Source of the DNA: Methanobacteriota archaeon
Lineage (GTDB): Archaea; Halobacteriota; Methanomicrobia; Methanomicrobiales; Methanoculleaceae
Direction: 5' to 3'
Length of the DNA: 64,000 nt
NCBI GenBank assembly: GCA_023436625.1
Contig: JAEZIP010000057.1
Coordinates: 8,313-72,312 of the forward strand
The notes below the pieces were generated by a model. That model was given only the letters and a program-made list of their open reading frames with translations, was not told where the DNA came from and searched no databases. Numbering within the stretch: position 1 is the first letter of the stretch; each line of letters opens with the position of its first letter. The position numbers and the translations under genes were made by a program. Positions 46,160 to 56,712 of this stretch are shown in pieces.

Positions 46160-47269
46160 ATGAAGATCCTCGCAGTCGAAGAAAACCTCCTCCGCCCGCG
46201 GGGGGGCGGAGAACTCTCTTTTCGGACACTCCTGGGGAAACTTTCGGAGAGGCACGACGTTTTTTCGTTCGGAAAGCAAGTCCCGGAGCCCGTCCATACC
46301 GGTTTTCCGGCTTCAGGCCTACCCGTATTCGAGATGCCGCGAACCTATATGCTGAGCAAATACCTGGTGTTCAAACAGGTTGAACGGCAGATCGGGAGAT
46401 ACATCGAGCAGATCTCCCCGGATATCGTCTTAACGCAACAGGGCTTCGCCGCACCCACCCTCAAAGCAGCATCCCGTGCAGGGGTGCCGTCCGTCGCGTT
46501 CATCAGGAACTACGAGCATTTCTGCCTGTGCAGCAATCCGGAACGGAAGTGCGACCGACGGTGCTCTGAGTGTTATGGGTACGGGCGTTGCAATCCGTAC
46601 CGGCACTGTGTGGATACGGTATTTGCATACGAGAAGCACTGGCTCGCGGAGGCGTCACTGCTGGTTTCCAACAGCACTTACATGAGGGGCGTCGTGAAGG
46701 ACTGGCTGGATCTCGATTCCACCGTTGTTTATCCGTTCGTCCAGCCGTTCCGGACATTATCTTACGATCCCATGTATATCACCTTCATTAACCCCTCGAA
46801 ACACAAAGGGATTGAGACCGTTCTCAAGCTTGCGAGGCTGCTTCCGGAAAGAAAGTTCCTGGTCGTCGGTTCCTCCGCTGGTGCCAATCTCCCCGTAACC
46901 GATAATGTTACCTGCATCCCCTGGGCGAATGACATCTCCAGCGTCTACTCCCTGACCCGGATCTTGCTGGTCCCCTCGGTCTGGCCCGAACCGTTCGGAA
47001 GGGTCTGTGCCGAGGCTGCATCCCTCGGGGTCCCCTGTGTTGCAAGCAGGATCGGAGGTATCCCCGAGGTTGTGGGGGACGGGGGGATCCTGGTTGAGGA
47101 TATTGAGAATGTGGACGAGTGGGTGAAGGGGATCGAGACACTCGACTCGGAAACAGCATACGCGGAGTATTCCCGGAATGCCCGTCGCCATGCGAACACG
47201 TTCTCCCTGGATGAGACGATGCGGACCTTTACATCACAGGTCGAAGCGGGACTCGGTCTACAACTCTAG
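46160..47269 (+). CDS. glycosyltransferase family 4 (GT-B)
   Basis: MKILAVEENL...GGGE N-terminus. C-terminal EPFGRVCAEAASLGVPCVASRIGGIPE. Start at ATG 46160. Confidence 0.85.
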   Translation: MKILAVEENLLRPRGGGELSFRTLLGKLSERHDVFSFGKQVPEPVHTGFPASGLPVFEMPRTYMLSKYLVFKQVERQIGRYIEQISPDIVLTQQGFAAPTLKAASRAGVPSVAFIRNYEHFCLCSNPERKCDRRCSECYGYGRCNPYRHCVDTVFAYEKHWLAEASLLVSNSTYMRGVVKDWLDLDSTVVYPFVQPFRTLSYDPMYITFINPSKHKGIETVLKLARLLPERKFLVVGSSAGANLPVTDNVTCIPWANDISSVYSLTRILLVPSVWPEPFGRVCAEAASLGVPCVASRIGGIPEVVGDGGILVEDIENVDEWVKGIETLDSETAYAEYSRNARRHANTFSLDETMRTFTSQVEAGLGLQL

Positions 47270-48751
47270 CCCGCTCCTCCCTCTGGCAAACTCCGCCATC
47301 TCCCGAAGAGAGAGTGTGCCGGATGCATGAAGCAGGGTGGAGTAGATCGATATACCCAGGAGAATGGTCAGGAACAGGCCGGGTATCCCATCGGGGCCGA
47401 TGAGCAGAACCCCGTAACAAACAAGGCCCATTGAGAGTGCACAAAGGCATATCTTTGCGGTTCTGGCGAGCGACCCCCGTTCAACCTGAATATCGAACCG
47501 TCTCACCACATAAGCAAGCATGACGACGGTCAGGAGTGCCTGAGATGCTATCTTTGCAAGGATTGCCCCGAATGTCCCGAGTACCGGGATGAGTGTGAAC
47601 AGCAGTGAGATATCGACTATGACCGCCCCGAACATGTACCACATGAATCGTCTGGCCTCCCCCGCTGCGACCAGGTACGTCCCGTTCAGCACCCCGAGGG
47701 TCTTCGTGAGAATATAGGGGGTCAGTCCCATCAGGATAAGCGCGGTGTCCTCGAATGCCATGCCGTAGACCGTCGTCACGAAGGCCCGGGCAACCACTAT
47801 CACGCCCGCGATCACCGGCATCATGAAGAGGAAACCCATCGTAAGTGCCTGGTTGAATATGCGGCTTAAGTCCGCCTTTTCTGAAGTTCTTCCATGCACG
47901 GATGCCACGATGGGCATGATCGCGGTCTCGATCGCCACCAGGGGAATGATCAGATTATCGATGAGCCCGACTGCAAGAGTGTAATGTCCGACGTCGGATG
48001 CAATCCCGAGATAGCCCAGTGCCAGGATATCGAATTTCGTATAGATGATAAAGAAAAGAGCGGACAGAAGGATCGGTGGGCTGTAACGCAGGATATCCGC
48101 CACCTGATCCCCCGTGTCCGCTCGCTCTGCAGACCGTGACCTGACGATCTTCAGGGCGAGAAATGTCAGGAGAACCGTAACAGCCATGGCTGCCGATGCA
48201 TACCCGGTCATGACCCCGACCGCCCCGAGGCCGAGCATGATGATCGTTATCACCACGATGAGCCGGAATCCCGTGTCGAGAATCGTGGTCACGGACAGCA
48301 ACCTGAAGGACTCGTACCCCTGAACGACTGCGATCTGGTACTCAAAGACGATGAGTGCGGCCAGGAGGACGGCTCCTGCTTTCATCAGGGGCTCGAGTGA
48401 GGGTATGCCGTACGCCTGCCCGACCCATGGCGCTGCAAAGTATGCAAGCAGGAATGCAGTACAGGCAACAAGGACTTTTATGGCGAGGACTCGCCTGTAA
48501 GTGGTTCTGACAGCGCCGGGGTCGTCACGCAGGTGGCGGGAGATGTGCACCTGTGCAGACCGGTTCAGGCCGCCGTCTGCAATTACTGCAAGGAACGCAA
48601 CAATCGTCATGACCAGCGAGAGTTCGCCGAAGGATTCGGGTCCCAGGTAAGGGGCCACAAGGATCGAGAGGAGGAAGAGAAGAGCGGCAGAGATTCCTCT
48701 GCCGATGAGTGCGTAACGCGTGGCACGGGTATTCCGCTCAGAAATCTCCAT
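47258..48751 (-). CDS. Wzx-like polysaccharide/oligosaccharide flippase (MOP superfamily)
   Basis: 497 aa with about 12-14 TM segments and the typical polysaccharide biosynthesis protein N-terminus (RGISAALLFLLSILVAPYLGPESFG). Confidence 0.85.
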   Translation of the reverse strand: MEISERNTRATRYALIGRGISAALLFLLSILVAPYLGPESFGELSLVMTIVAFLAVIADGGLNRSAQVHISRHLRDDPGAVRTTYRRVLAIKVLVACTAFLLAYFAAPWVGQAYGIPSLEPLMKAGAVLLAALIVFEYQIAVVQGYESFRLLSVTTILDTGFRLIVVITIIMLGLGAVGVMTGYASAAMAVTVLLTFLALKIVRSRSAERADTGDQVADILRYSPPILLSALFFIIYTKFDILALGYLGIASDVGHYTLAVGLIDNLIIPLVAIETAIMPIVASVHGRTSEKADLSRIFNQALTMGFLFMMPVIAGVIVVARAFVTTVYGMAFEDTALILMGLTPYILTKTLGVLNGTYLVAAGEARRFMWYMFGAVIVDISLLFTLIPVLGTFGAILAKIASQALLTVVMLAYVVRRFDIQVERGSLARTAKICLCALSMGLVCYGVLLIGPDGIPGLFLTILLGISIYSTLLHASGTLSLREMAEFARGRSGLEL

Positions 48752-50255
48752 AGAATCCCTTTTCGAACCTGTAGACGCGAATGGTATGATCGGATCCGTC
48801 GGGCTGGAGTACCATGTGCTCCTTTACGTACGCGAGAACGTCTGAGTCGGTGAAATACGAATCCAGTTTTCTGTCGGCGATGAGCCAGCCTTCTTTGCCT
48901 TTCAATTCGGCTACAACCGTCTCGTAATCTTTGAGAATGACCGCCCCGGTGTAGCGATCTCTGAGAACGCCCTGTGCATCGGTGTAGGCGTAGTACTCGT
49001 TCTGCCGCATCCAGTAATCCGTTGTCCCGAGGTAGTGGAGCGTGCATATCGGCATGGTGCTCAGTATGACGTCGCCGTCCCGGAGGTGGGCCTGTACATA
49101 TGCCGCTGCATCTTTCCAGTGGGGGTGGGGGTCTTCGTAAGGGAGGGGCTGATAGGGGTCTGTAACCGCACCGATGAGGCCGATGCCCGTCAGGAGCAGG
49201 AGGAGCCCGATGCAGGCCGGGACGGTTCGTGACCAAAGGGAGGCTATATTTTCCCGGTACCAGTCCCAGGCGATGCAGATGCCGCGTGAGGCGATCATGA
49301 CGAGCAGCGGGAATGTAAAGAAGATATACCGCGAGTTTTTCTGATCCAGGAACAGCGAGAGCAAGAGAAACGGGATAAAGAATCCCAGGAGCAGGATCGA
49401 CTCTCTTTCCGACCGCCGCCAGAGCATCGGTAGAAGCCCCACGACTGCAAAGAGTCCGAATATCGGGAAGTACCTCCCGAAGAACAACAGGTAGAACCAT
49501 TCCCCGAGCCTCATCCCGATCGGAATGAATTTCGCCGTGAATATTCCAAAAGGATTGATCAGATACGCCAGAATTGCGACACCCGTCACGAAGACGATGA
49601 AGAGGATTACAGGATTGACCCCTTTAAAAAACGGACGGTTTTCTACAATTCGTTCCCAGAACAGGGAAGCAAAGAACGCAACCCCGACTGTGGCAAACAG
49701 GATGCCGAACCGGTCCACCAGAAAAGCGAGGCCTGTCATCACGAGCGACGCCCCGGCGAGGAGACAGAGCCGGACACGATTGCCGTCACCTCTCCATTCG
49801 CTCCAGGCGCGGCACACGACGTAGAGAAAGATCACATACACCAGTTGAAGCAGGATGTACATCCGTGCAGTTGTCGACCAGTAGACCTGCCAGGGGGCGA
49901 TGGCGAGCAGCAGGGCGGTGACAAGCGCGACACGTCGGTCGAAGATCTCCTTTGCGAGGAAGTAACTGGCAAAGATTACACCCGCTCCAATAAAAATGAA
50001 CGGCAGCCGTGCGGCAAACTCCGATATCCCGAAAACCTGGAAGGATCCCACAACGAGAAGCGTCGTGATCAGGGAGCGATCGTAGAGAAGACCTGATGGA
50101 AGTGTGGGCAGTCCTGTCGTGAGGATGCCCTGTGCTGCAAAGACATGGAATGTTTCATCGACCCAGAAGTTGAGGGGGGAAATGATGAGGGTAAGAAGAC
50201 ATAGAAGAATAAAGGCAGATAACGGAAAGATTACGTACCTCTGCCGAAAATCCAT
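48738..50255 (-). CDS. GT-C fold glycosyltransferase (ArnT/PMT, GT39/83-like)
   Basis: Polytopic membrane protein. First-loop acidic motif WVDETFHVFAA, followed by an ARLPFIFIGAG..YFLAKE pattern typical of ArnT/PMT-type enzymes. Confidence 0.75.
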   Translation of the reverse strand: MDFRQRYVIFPLSAFILLCLLTLIISPLNFWVDETFHVFAAQGILTTGLPTLPSGLLYDRSLITTLLVVGSFQVFGISEFAARLPFIFIGAGVIFASYFLAKEIFDRRVALVTALLLAIAPWQVYWSTTARMYILLQLVYVIFLYVVCRAWSEWRGDGNRVRLCLLAGASLVMTGLAFLVDRFGILFATVGVAFFASLFWERIVENRPFFKGVNPVILFIVFVTGVAILAYLINPFGIFTAKFIPIGMRLGEWFYLLFFGRYFPIFGLFAVVGLLPMLWRRSERESILLLGFFIPFLLLSLFLDQKNSRYIFFTFPLLVMIASRGICIAWDWYRENIASLWSRTVPACIGLLLLLTGIGLIGAVTDPYQPLPYEDPHPHWKDAAAYVQAHLRDGDVILSTMPICTLHYLGTTDYWMRQNEYYAYTDAQGVLRDRYTGAVILKDYETVVAELKGKEGWLIADRKLDSYFTDSDVLAYVKEHMVLQPDGSDHTIRVYRFEKGFYGDF

Positions 50256-50440
50256 GTATTGACTCTTGTTTCAGATTATTTAACGCTGACGAGTTGCTCG
50301 GAAACCTTTTCCCCATGTGGAGCAACGTCCGTCAGGCAGGTGCCGGAAATACCGCGTTTCTGGAGTTCTCCCTCGCTCAATGTTGTCGGCGGCGCCGTTA
50401 ATCGAGAATCAAAGTCTTCTTACGGTATTCCGCCACTATA

Positions 50441-52153
50441 ATGTACGGAATGCGACTCTCCTGCGGGAAAGTTAGAATACTGGGTATTGCCGCATATGGG
50501 ACACTCATTGCATCCGGGCTGGCAGCGTCCTTTTCAAGCTCCATAGCTTTCGCCCCGCCCGTGCTCCTCTTCGTCTTCTCGTGGTACCTTCTTGCCGGTT
50601 CGTTCCCGGAGGAATCTCCCGAAGAGGGCCGGTACTCACGGTACGTGGCCCTGCTCTCCCGGGACAGGTACTTCTATCCCTGCATCGTTGCTTTAACGGT
50701 AGTACTTGCAGTAGCGTTGCGGTTATACAATCTGACACAACTGGACCCCTACACCGACGAGTATTATCACCTTGTCGGGGCGCTGGAGCTCGGTCTTCTT
50801 GGGTGTACCGATTACACACGGGCATATCCGCTCACCTATGTCGTGCACCTCCTCTTCGATCTCTTCGACCGGAGTTTGTATGTTGCGAGACTGCCCGGAG
50901 CGATAGCCGGTGGGCTAACCGTGATCCCACTGTATCTCCTTGCCAGAAAGGTGTCGGAGCCGGTCGGGATCATCGCCGTGCTGCTCTGGGCGACATCACC
51001 GTGGGCTATTGGGGTGAGCAGGACTGTAAGGGAGTATGCAATCTTCCCTCTGCTGTTCCTTGTGTTTGTGCTGTTCGTGCTGTACGCGATCGACCGGTTC
51101 GTCGATATCGTAAATGGAAAATCGCGAATAAAAGTTGTAGATATCGCGATTCTCTCGCTGATCCCGTCTTTCTTTGTCTACGCGGCGGTATTCGATCCCC
51201 TCTCCTCGTTCAAGTTCATCTTCCTCGTCACGGTTCCGCTCTTCCTGTACTCCCTCTACAGGTTTCAGGAGGTTACGGATGCCGGCAGGAGAAGAAGACT
51301 CTATTGCGCGATTCTATTCGCAGCAGGAGTGGGGGGGACACTCGTTGCCCTCCTCCTCTGGACGTCGCATGCCGCTGTTTTTCCACATTTCAATGCGTAT
51401 TGGGTGAATCTGCTCCTCAGCCCGAACGCCAATCTCATGCAGTGGTATTACGGAAGCGGCCTCCACGTAGTTGCTCTCCCGCTGATCCTGGGTGCGGGGC
51501 TACTGTATGCATATCGGACGGGAAACAGCGCATACCTCTGTATACTGCTGATTTTTGCCTTCATACTGTATTTCTATTCGTTCCACTTCGACAGATACGT
51601 CCGGCCGAGATACCTCTTCTACATCCTGCCGTTCTATGCTATCCTGTTGAGTGCGGGGGCATACTCGATCTATGTTCGTCTCTCGCGGGTATTTCCGACA
51701 ACGGTGTGGAGGTGGGCGACCGTCCTCTTCTGCGTGGCGTTCGGGCTTGCCATATTCAATCCTGCGAATGCAATCTATGCTGTCCGCTACGAAGGCCATG
51801 GATACGTTCCGATGACGGATGAGTATCACGACAGGATGTCGGGGCTCGTCCAGCAGTACGGCGACCGGATAGATAACTCCTCAACCGTTATTACGAGCAT
51901 GCAACGGGCGGTCACCTGGAACTTCGGTCTTGATGTTGCTGCACGGAATCTCTTCAGATACAACTACGTCGATGAGGGCAGATTTGCCTACGTCGAAGAG
52001 GTTATCGGGCAGAGGAATGAAGGATGGATGATCATTGATGCCCGGAGGAACGGGTACTGGACAGAGGGGTTCCCCGCGCGTGATCTGGAGATCGGCGGAA
52101 AGAAGGTTACGTTCCTTGGGCGAACCGATGGGTGGTACGTCTACCGGTGGTAG
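50441..52153 (+). CDS. GT-C fold glycosyltransferase (ArnT/PMT-like)
   Basis: Polytopic membrane protein. First-loop PYTDEYYHLVGA, then ARLPGAIAGGLTVIPLYLLARK, plus a C-terminal soluble domain. Confidence 0.7.
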   Translation: MYGMRLSCGKVRILGIAAYGTLIASGLAASFSSSIAFAPPVLLFVFSWYLLAGSFPEESPEEGRYSRYVALLSRDRYFYPCIVALTVVLAVALRLYNLTQLDPYTDEYYHLVGALELGLLGCTDYTRAYPLTYVVHLLFDLFDRSLYVARLPGAIAGGLTVIPLYLLARKVSEPVGIIAVLLWATSPWAIGVSRTVREYAIFPLLFLVFVLFVLYAIDRFVDIVNGKSRIKVVDIAILSLIPSFFVYAAVFDPLSSFKFIFLVTVPLFLYSLYRFQEVTDAGRRRRLYCAILFAAGVGGTLVALLLWTSHAAVFPHFNAYWVNLLLSPNANLMQWYYGSGLHVVALPLILGAGLLYAYRTGNSAYLCILLIFAFILYFYSFHFDRYVRPRYLFYILPFYAILLSAGAYSIYVRLSRVFPTTVWRWATVLFCVAFGLAIFNPANAIYAVRYEGHGYVPMTDEYHDRMSGLVQQYGDRIDNSSTVITSMQRAVTWNFGLDVAARNLFRYNYVDEGRFAYVEEVIGQRNEGWMIIDARRNGYWTEGFPARDLEIGGKKVTFLGRTDGWYVYRW

Positions 52154-52187
52154 GTATGGAGATGGTTTCGAGAGGCGGGTCTGTCGA

Positions 52188-53459
52188 TCAGCGGAAAACC
52201 TTCCTCACTTCGAGCCAGTTTAAGAAGACATAGGGCAGGTAGGAGACCGATGTCGCGATCGCAGCTCCGACAGCCCCATAGACGGGTATTAATACCGCAT
52301 TCAGCACGATGTTGAAGACGATTGTGGCTACAATATTTATGCCCCTTTTCGTCGCCAATCCCTGGAAATCCAGAAACGAGCCGAACAGTATTGCCATCGA
52401 GTTACCGACGACATAAATCGTCAATATCTGCAGAGGCAGCACAGAAGCACTGTATTCGCTGCCGAAAACGAGTGGGACGAGGTAGCCGGAAAGCAGGAGT
52501 ACGCCTGCAACGATGACGAGTAATAACAACAGATTAAAACGGAGCATTTTGCTGAACAGATTTTTTAATTCCGTTTTATTGGATTCATTCAACTTTGCAA
52601 AGACGGGCATGGCCCCCATTGCGATTGCAAGGCTGATATGGGGGAATTTTACTACCACCTGCTTTGCTACCGAATAAAACCCAACCTCCGACTCTGTAGA
52701 AAGCAGGCCAAGCATGATCGTATCGACCTCCGTTGCGATGAGAAACCCGATGCTGATGACGATGAGCGGAATACTATATCTGAAGATGTCGCTCGTAAAG
52801 TCCCGATGAGGCTCTGCCGGACGGCAATAGTATCTGGTATACAGTATGTAGAATCCGACTATCGACGTAAGAAGCAGGGCTAACGTGAAAGAGTTGACTA
52901 TCGACGTCAGACTATGCCAGCAACTCAGAAATCCGATCGCAAGAACAAGTTTCAACCCGTATTCCAGACTGGTAATAATGAAGTTGTATTTCAGTCTGTG
53001 GAGACCCTGGAATACATCCTTAAAGTACTCGACAAACCCGGAGAAGAAAACAAGGGGGATCGCATAGAAGAATATCGTTTCGAACCCGGACCATCCCATG
53101 AAAGCGGCTAAAGGTTTATACAGGGCGAGCAGTATCAGAGAGAAAAGAAGGCTGAAAACAATCCTCAACCTAAAAGATGAGATCAGCACCGAACCGAGCA
53201 GATCCGTCTTGTTGTATTGCGCCACATACTTCCTCGTCGATCTGTTGATGCCGAGATACGATAGCAGGAACGTAACGGTGATGATCGATAGAATAAACGA
53301 CCACTGTCCAAACCTCTCAACACCGAGCGATCGTGCTAAAAAAACGTTGAGGGCGATGAACAGAAAAAATCCGGATCCTTTTGTTGCAAAACTCCAGAAT
53401 GTCTCTTTTAGTAGTTTATTCTGAAGAATCCGGAGATAATTGGACCTGACATCAAGCAT
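52188..53459 (-). CDS. Wzx-like flippase (MOP superfamily)
   Basis: 423 aa with about 12 TM segments and a polysaccharide biosynthesis protein pattern. Low GC. Confidence 0.85.
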   Translation of the reverse strand: MLDVRSNYLRILQNKLLKETFWSFATKGSGFFLFIALNVFLARSLGVERFGQWSFILSIITVTFLLSYLGINRSTRKYVAQYNKTDLLGSVLISSFRLRIVFSLLFSLILLALYKPLAAFMGWSGFETIFFYAIPLVFFSGFVEYFKDVFQGLHRLKYNFIITSLEYGLKLVLAIGFLSCWHSLTSIVNSFTLALLLTSIVGFYILYTRYYCRPAEPHRDFTSDIFRYSIPLIVISIGFLIATEVDTIMLGLLSTESEVGFYSVAKQVVVKFPHISLAIAMGAMPVFAKLNESNKTELKNLFSKMLRFNLLLLLVIVAGVLLLSGYLVPLVFGSEYSASVLPLQILTIYVVGNSMAILFGSFLDFQGLATKRGINIVATIVFNIVLNAVLIPVYGAVGAAIATSVSYLPYVFLNWLEVRKVFR

Positions 53460-54122
53460 ATGTCGCTTACCTGTTCTTCTGCATGTGGGCCGGTTTCTTT
53501 GTGATTCCGGAGCTCTATTCTCTCAACAATGAGCTCCAATCCATATAATTGCATATACTTTATACGAACAAGTTGCAAAAGTATGGGAGTGAGTGTCAGG
53601 CCATTGTGATGAACTGGAATTGACGAATAAACACATTTGGCCTGCGGATAAGAACTCTTCTAACCTCCAATAGCGAAGATCGCGGTTTCAGCTTTCCATA
53701 CTGCTTTAGATGGACCCCGGACAATGCCGAACCGCATCTCCCTCCGCAGAAACCGCATATCAGGCGACCTCGAACAGATCATCGTGCCAAAGCCAACGGG
53801 ATTCTCTTTGTCCTGATTACCGGATGTACCTGGAGCGGCGTTCCTCCAGTAAACAAAAAAAAGATTTGTCTGCTTTAGAGTTGTTAATACTTTTAATGGC
53901 TGTTTTTTGGGGCATAGGCGTTAAGGTGATATGTCACCGACTCTATCAGGGTTTGATGTAAATACCGTCAGATCGGCCTTACAATAGTTATTCAAGGGGT
54001 CAAGTACCCCACAGTGTTGTCACCTACGTTACTACTGCTTAACCAGGTGCCTGCCATACATATTTTCAAAGTTTCAGATCTGCTTTTTTCTTCTCATATG
54101 CTGATCAACTCAACCTGGGTCT

Positions 54123-55259
54123 TCACGAGCTAATTTGTCCATAATATAGCCTGTTATACACTTCCATATGGATTCGTGCTGCGTCATCTTCCTTATATGT
54201 TGAAGATACATACTCGAAAGCCGCCTTCCCCCTCACTTTCCAGAGATCATTGTGTAACAACGTTTGCATCCCCTCTGATAACATCTCAACCGAAGGGACA
54301 AAATAGCCAAAATGCGAGGCAAAATTATCCGGGTTAACTGTGCTTAAGATTGCGCAGCCCTGGCCGGCAGCCTCGATAAAAGTCATCGGCAATCCCTCCC
54401 TGGCCGAGGTATTCACGAGGATCCACGATCGGGCGTATATTTCTTCGAGCTGATTCGATTGGAACTTATCAACGTACCCTAGCATCTCCACGTTCGGTAA
54501 GCTCCGTGCACATCTCTCCATCTCCGCCTGTCGACCTGGATCTTCAGCTTTACCGACAATTAAAAATCTCACGTTCGAAAATTTTTCGGCCAGGTGAAAT
54601 ACCAGTTCCGGTCTCTTGCGGCGATCCAATCTTCCTACATAGCAGACTGTCGGCTCTGCTGCCTTTTTGGGTATGGCGTCCGGGATCTTCTCCAGGTTTG
54701 GTAGGAGGATTGCATCTTTCCTGCCGTACATACGAGCAATTTTCGCTTTTAGAAAATGCGCCGGACAACCGACGACATCGGCTCTTTTTACCGCGTATGA
54801 GATTAACGGGCCGTTCTCGAATAAATACACGAAAGGAGTTTTAATTCTTCTTTTCCAGGTTGCGTGGATAGTTTCAATAACCCAGTCACGGGTCTCTCTG
54901 GGATCGCGGCAGGTAATGACATGCTTTTTCTGCGGCTGAGCCCGAAGCGCTAAAAATGTTAAAAAATTTGGGTTCTGGCTGTGATATATGTCGGCATCGA
55001 TTTCCGAGAAAAAGGATCCCGATTGCAATAAATCACGGAGATCTACCCCATAAATCGTCACACCGTTAACGGTCTGTTTACTCCGCTGTCCCTCTTTCTT
55101 TGGTACGACAATCGAGACGTCGTGGCCCTGCGAGGCCAGCGTATCTGCAAGACATTTTGTCATACTCCCGAACCCACCTATCTTATCGATGTTCAGGATC
55201 TGACTGGAAATTATGCAAATTTTTATTCTCGCATCCATAACGCATCGTTTAATGCTCAT
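54123..55259 (-). CDS. glycosyltransferase family 4 (GT-B)
   Basis: IKICIISSQ...IGGFGS N-terminus. C-terminal REGLPMTFIEAAGQGCAIL. The start may instead be ATG 55238. Confidence 0.85.
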   Translation of the reverse strand: MSIKRCVMDARIKICIISSQILNIDKIGGFGSMTKCLADTLASQGHDVSIVVPKKEGQRSKQTVNGVTIYGVDLRDLLQSGSFFSEIDADIYHSQNPNFLTFLALRAQPQKKHVITCRDPRETRDWVIETIHATWKRRIKTPFVYLFENGPLISYAVKRADVVGCPAHFLKAKIARMYGRKDAILLPNLEKIPDAIPKKAAEPTVCYVGRLDRRKRPELVFHLAEKFSNVRFLIVGKAEDPGRQAEMERCARSLPNVEMLGYVDKFQSNQLEEIYARSWILVNTSAREGLPMTFIEAAGQGCAILSTVNPDNFASHFGYFVPSVEMLSEGMQTLLHNDLWKVRGKAAFEYVSSTYKEDDAARIHMEVYNRLYYGQISS

Positions 55260-55367
55260 GAGTCGTGCATCGTGCCCAAACTGGATTGTCCTCTACAATG
55301 GGTCCGCTCAGTTCGATTCTCAACAGAGAACCTTTAACTTCGGGTCTCGTTCATATAATTGCTGGGA

Positions 55368-56486
55368 TCAAAGTGAACAGTTCTCCCTCAGTACCTTCTC
55401 GTAGAGACTGAGATATTTCTTTGCAACTGTACTCCAGGCAAATTCGCGTTCAACCCGTGCTCTTCCCTGTGCTCCGAGACCTCGATACAGGTTCTCATTA
55501 TTGATCAGGGTAAGTAACCGCTCTTTAATTGCCTCCGGGTCTTTCGGCGGCACGAGTAACGCAGCATCGCCGACGGCCTCCGCACAGCCGGTGGTGTTGG
55601 ACGTAATGATCGCGCATCCCGCAGACATGGCCTCCAATAGAACGACAGGAAAATTTTCAGAGACTGAGGGCAGTATAAAAATTGCCGCTGATTCGTACTC
55701 CGTTTTCACCTGTTCCGGTTCGAGATATCCCCGCAACTTCACCTTATGCTCGAGGTGTAACTGTTCGACCAGAGTTTCTAATTGCGGCCGGTAGGGGCCG
55801 GCCCCGCAGACGACGTATTCATACCCTTCAACATCCTTCATCGCTTCGATGATGTACTGAATGCCTTTCCTTTCGAAAAGTCTGCTCACGGTAAGGATCT
55901 TTTTCTCCTTACTTTGTGGGCAGTATGCATCAACAGCGATGCCGTTTGGGATGACGGTTATCTTCCGATCTCCGAAAATTCTGATAATTTCGCCCTTCAG
56001 GTAACCCGAGGGAGATGTTATACAACTTGCTTTGTTCAATATTCGGATTGAGAATGGTCTGAACAGAGCGTGCTGGAACTGGAACCGATCCGGGTTATAT
56101 CCGGGAACATCACTGCCGTGTGTTGTCACGAGAAAAGGGACTTTTTTGTGATAAAGGCTTGAAACGGCACCCGTAGGAATAATGAAATGTGTATGATTTA
56201 TATCATAATCGTTCTCTCTCAGTAATTTCGGTAAAAAGCGGCCTGCGGAGATACAATATGAAAGCATTTCGTGGAATGTGCACATCTCGAGTCTTTTCCG
56301 GATGCTCGGAACCCGGTATACCTGTACCCCATTAACGTTTTCCTCCTCAGGTAGCCCATCATACCCCATCGTGACAATGTCTACCTCGTGCCCCCGACGT
56401 ACGAGTTCTTCAGACAGCGATTTCGTTACCGGCGCTGCTCCCCCACCCAACGGTGGGTACTCGTAGTTCAGCATCAGGATTCTCAC
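55368..56486 (-). CDS. glycosyltransferase family 4 (GT-B)
   Basis: MRILMLNYEYPPLGGGAAPV N-terminus (GTG start). C-terminal ENFPVVLLEAMSAGCAII. Confidence 0.88.
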   Translation of the reverse strand: MRILMLNYEYPPLGGGAAPVTKSLSEELVRRGHEVDIVTMGYDGLPEEENVNGVQVYRVPSIRKRLEMCTFHEMLSYCISAGRFLPKLLRENDYDINHTHFIIPTGAVSSLYHKKVPFLVTTHGSDVPGYNPDRFQFQHALFRPFSIRILNKASCITSPSGYLKGEIIRIFGDRKITVIPNGIAVDAYCPQSKEKKILTVSRLFERKGIQYIIEAMKDVEGYEYVVCGAGPYRPQLETLVEQLHLEHKVKLRGYLEPEQVKTEYESAAIFILPSVSENFPVVLLEAMSAGCAIITSNTTGCAEAVGDAALLVPPKDPEAIKERLLTLINNENLYRGLGAQGRARVEREFAWSTVAKKYLSLYEKVLRENCSL

Positions 56487-56712
56487 TCGATCACGCGTTC
56501 CTGGAGGTGGGATGCCCTCGCGGGCAATAGCATGTGCCGGGCACAGTTGCCGAAAAAAGGCAAAGCATGATATGGAATTCTCCTATAACAATATCTTTTA
56601 GTGCAAATATTTAAAAACTCTAACCATGGCCCCGGCCGGTCGATTACACATGTCTATAGGCTGTCTCAGTCGAGTGTACCGCTGCAGATCGTTTTGAGAA
56701 CGCACAGGTCAT

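Noticed and set aside
48607-51822. ORFs 48607..49500 (minus, 297 aa) and 50581..51822 (plus, 413 aa)
   Set aside because: These are alternative frames inside the GT-C and Wzx genes, and their hydrophilic Arg/Pro-rich translations are implausible. The chosen frames give consistent polytopic membrane proteins.
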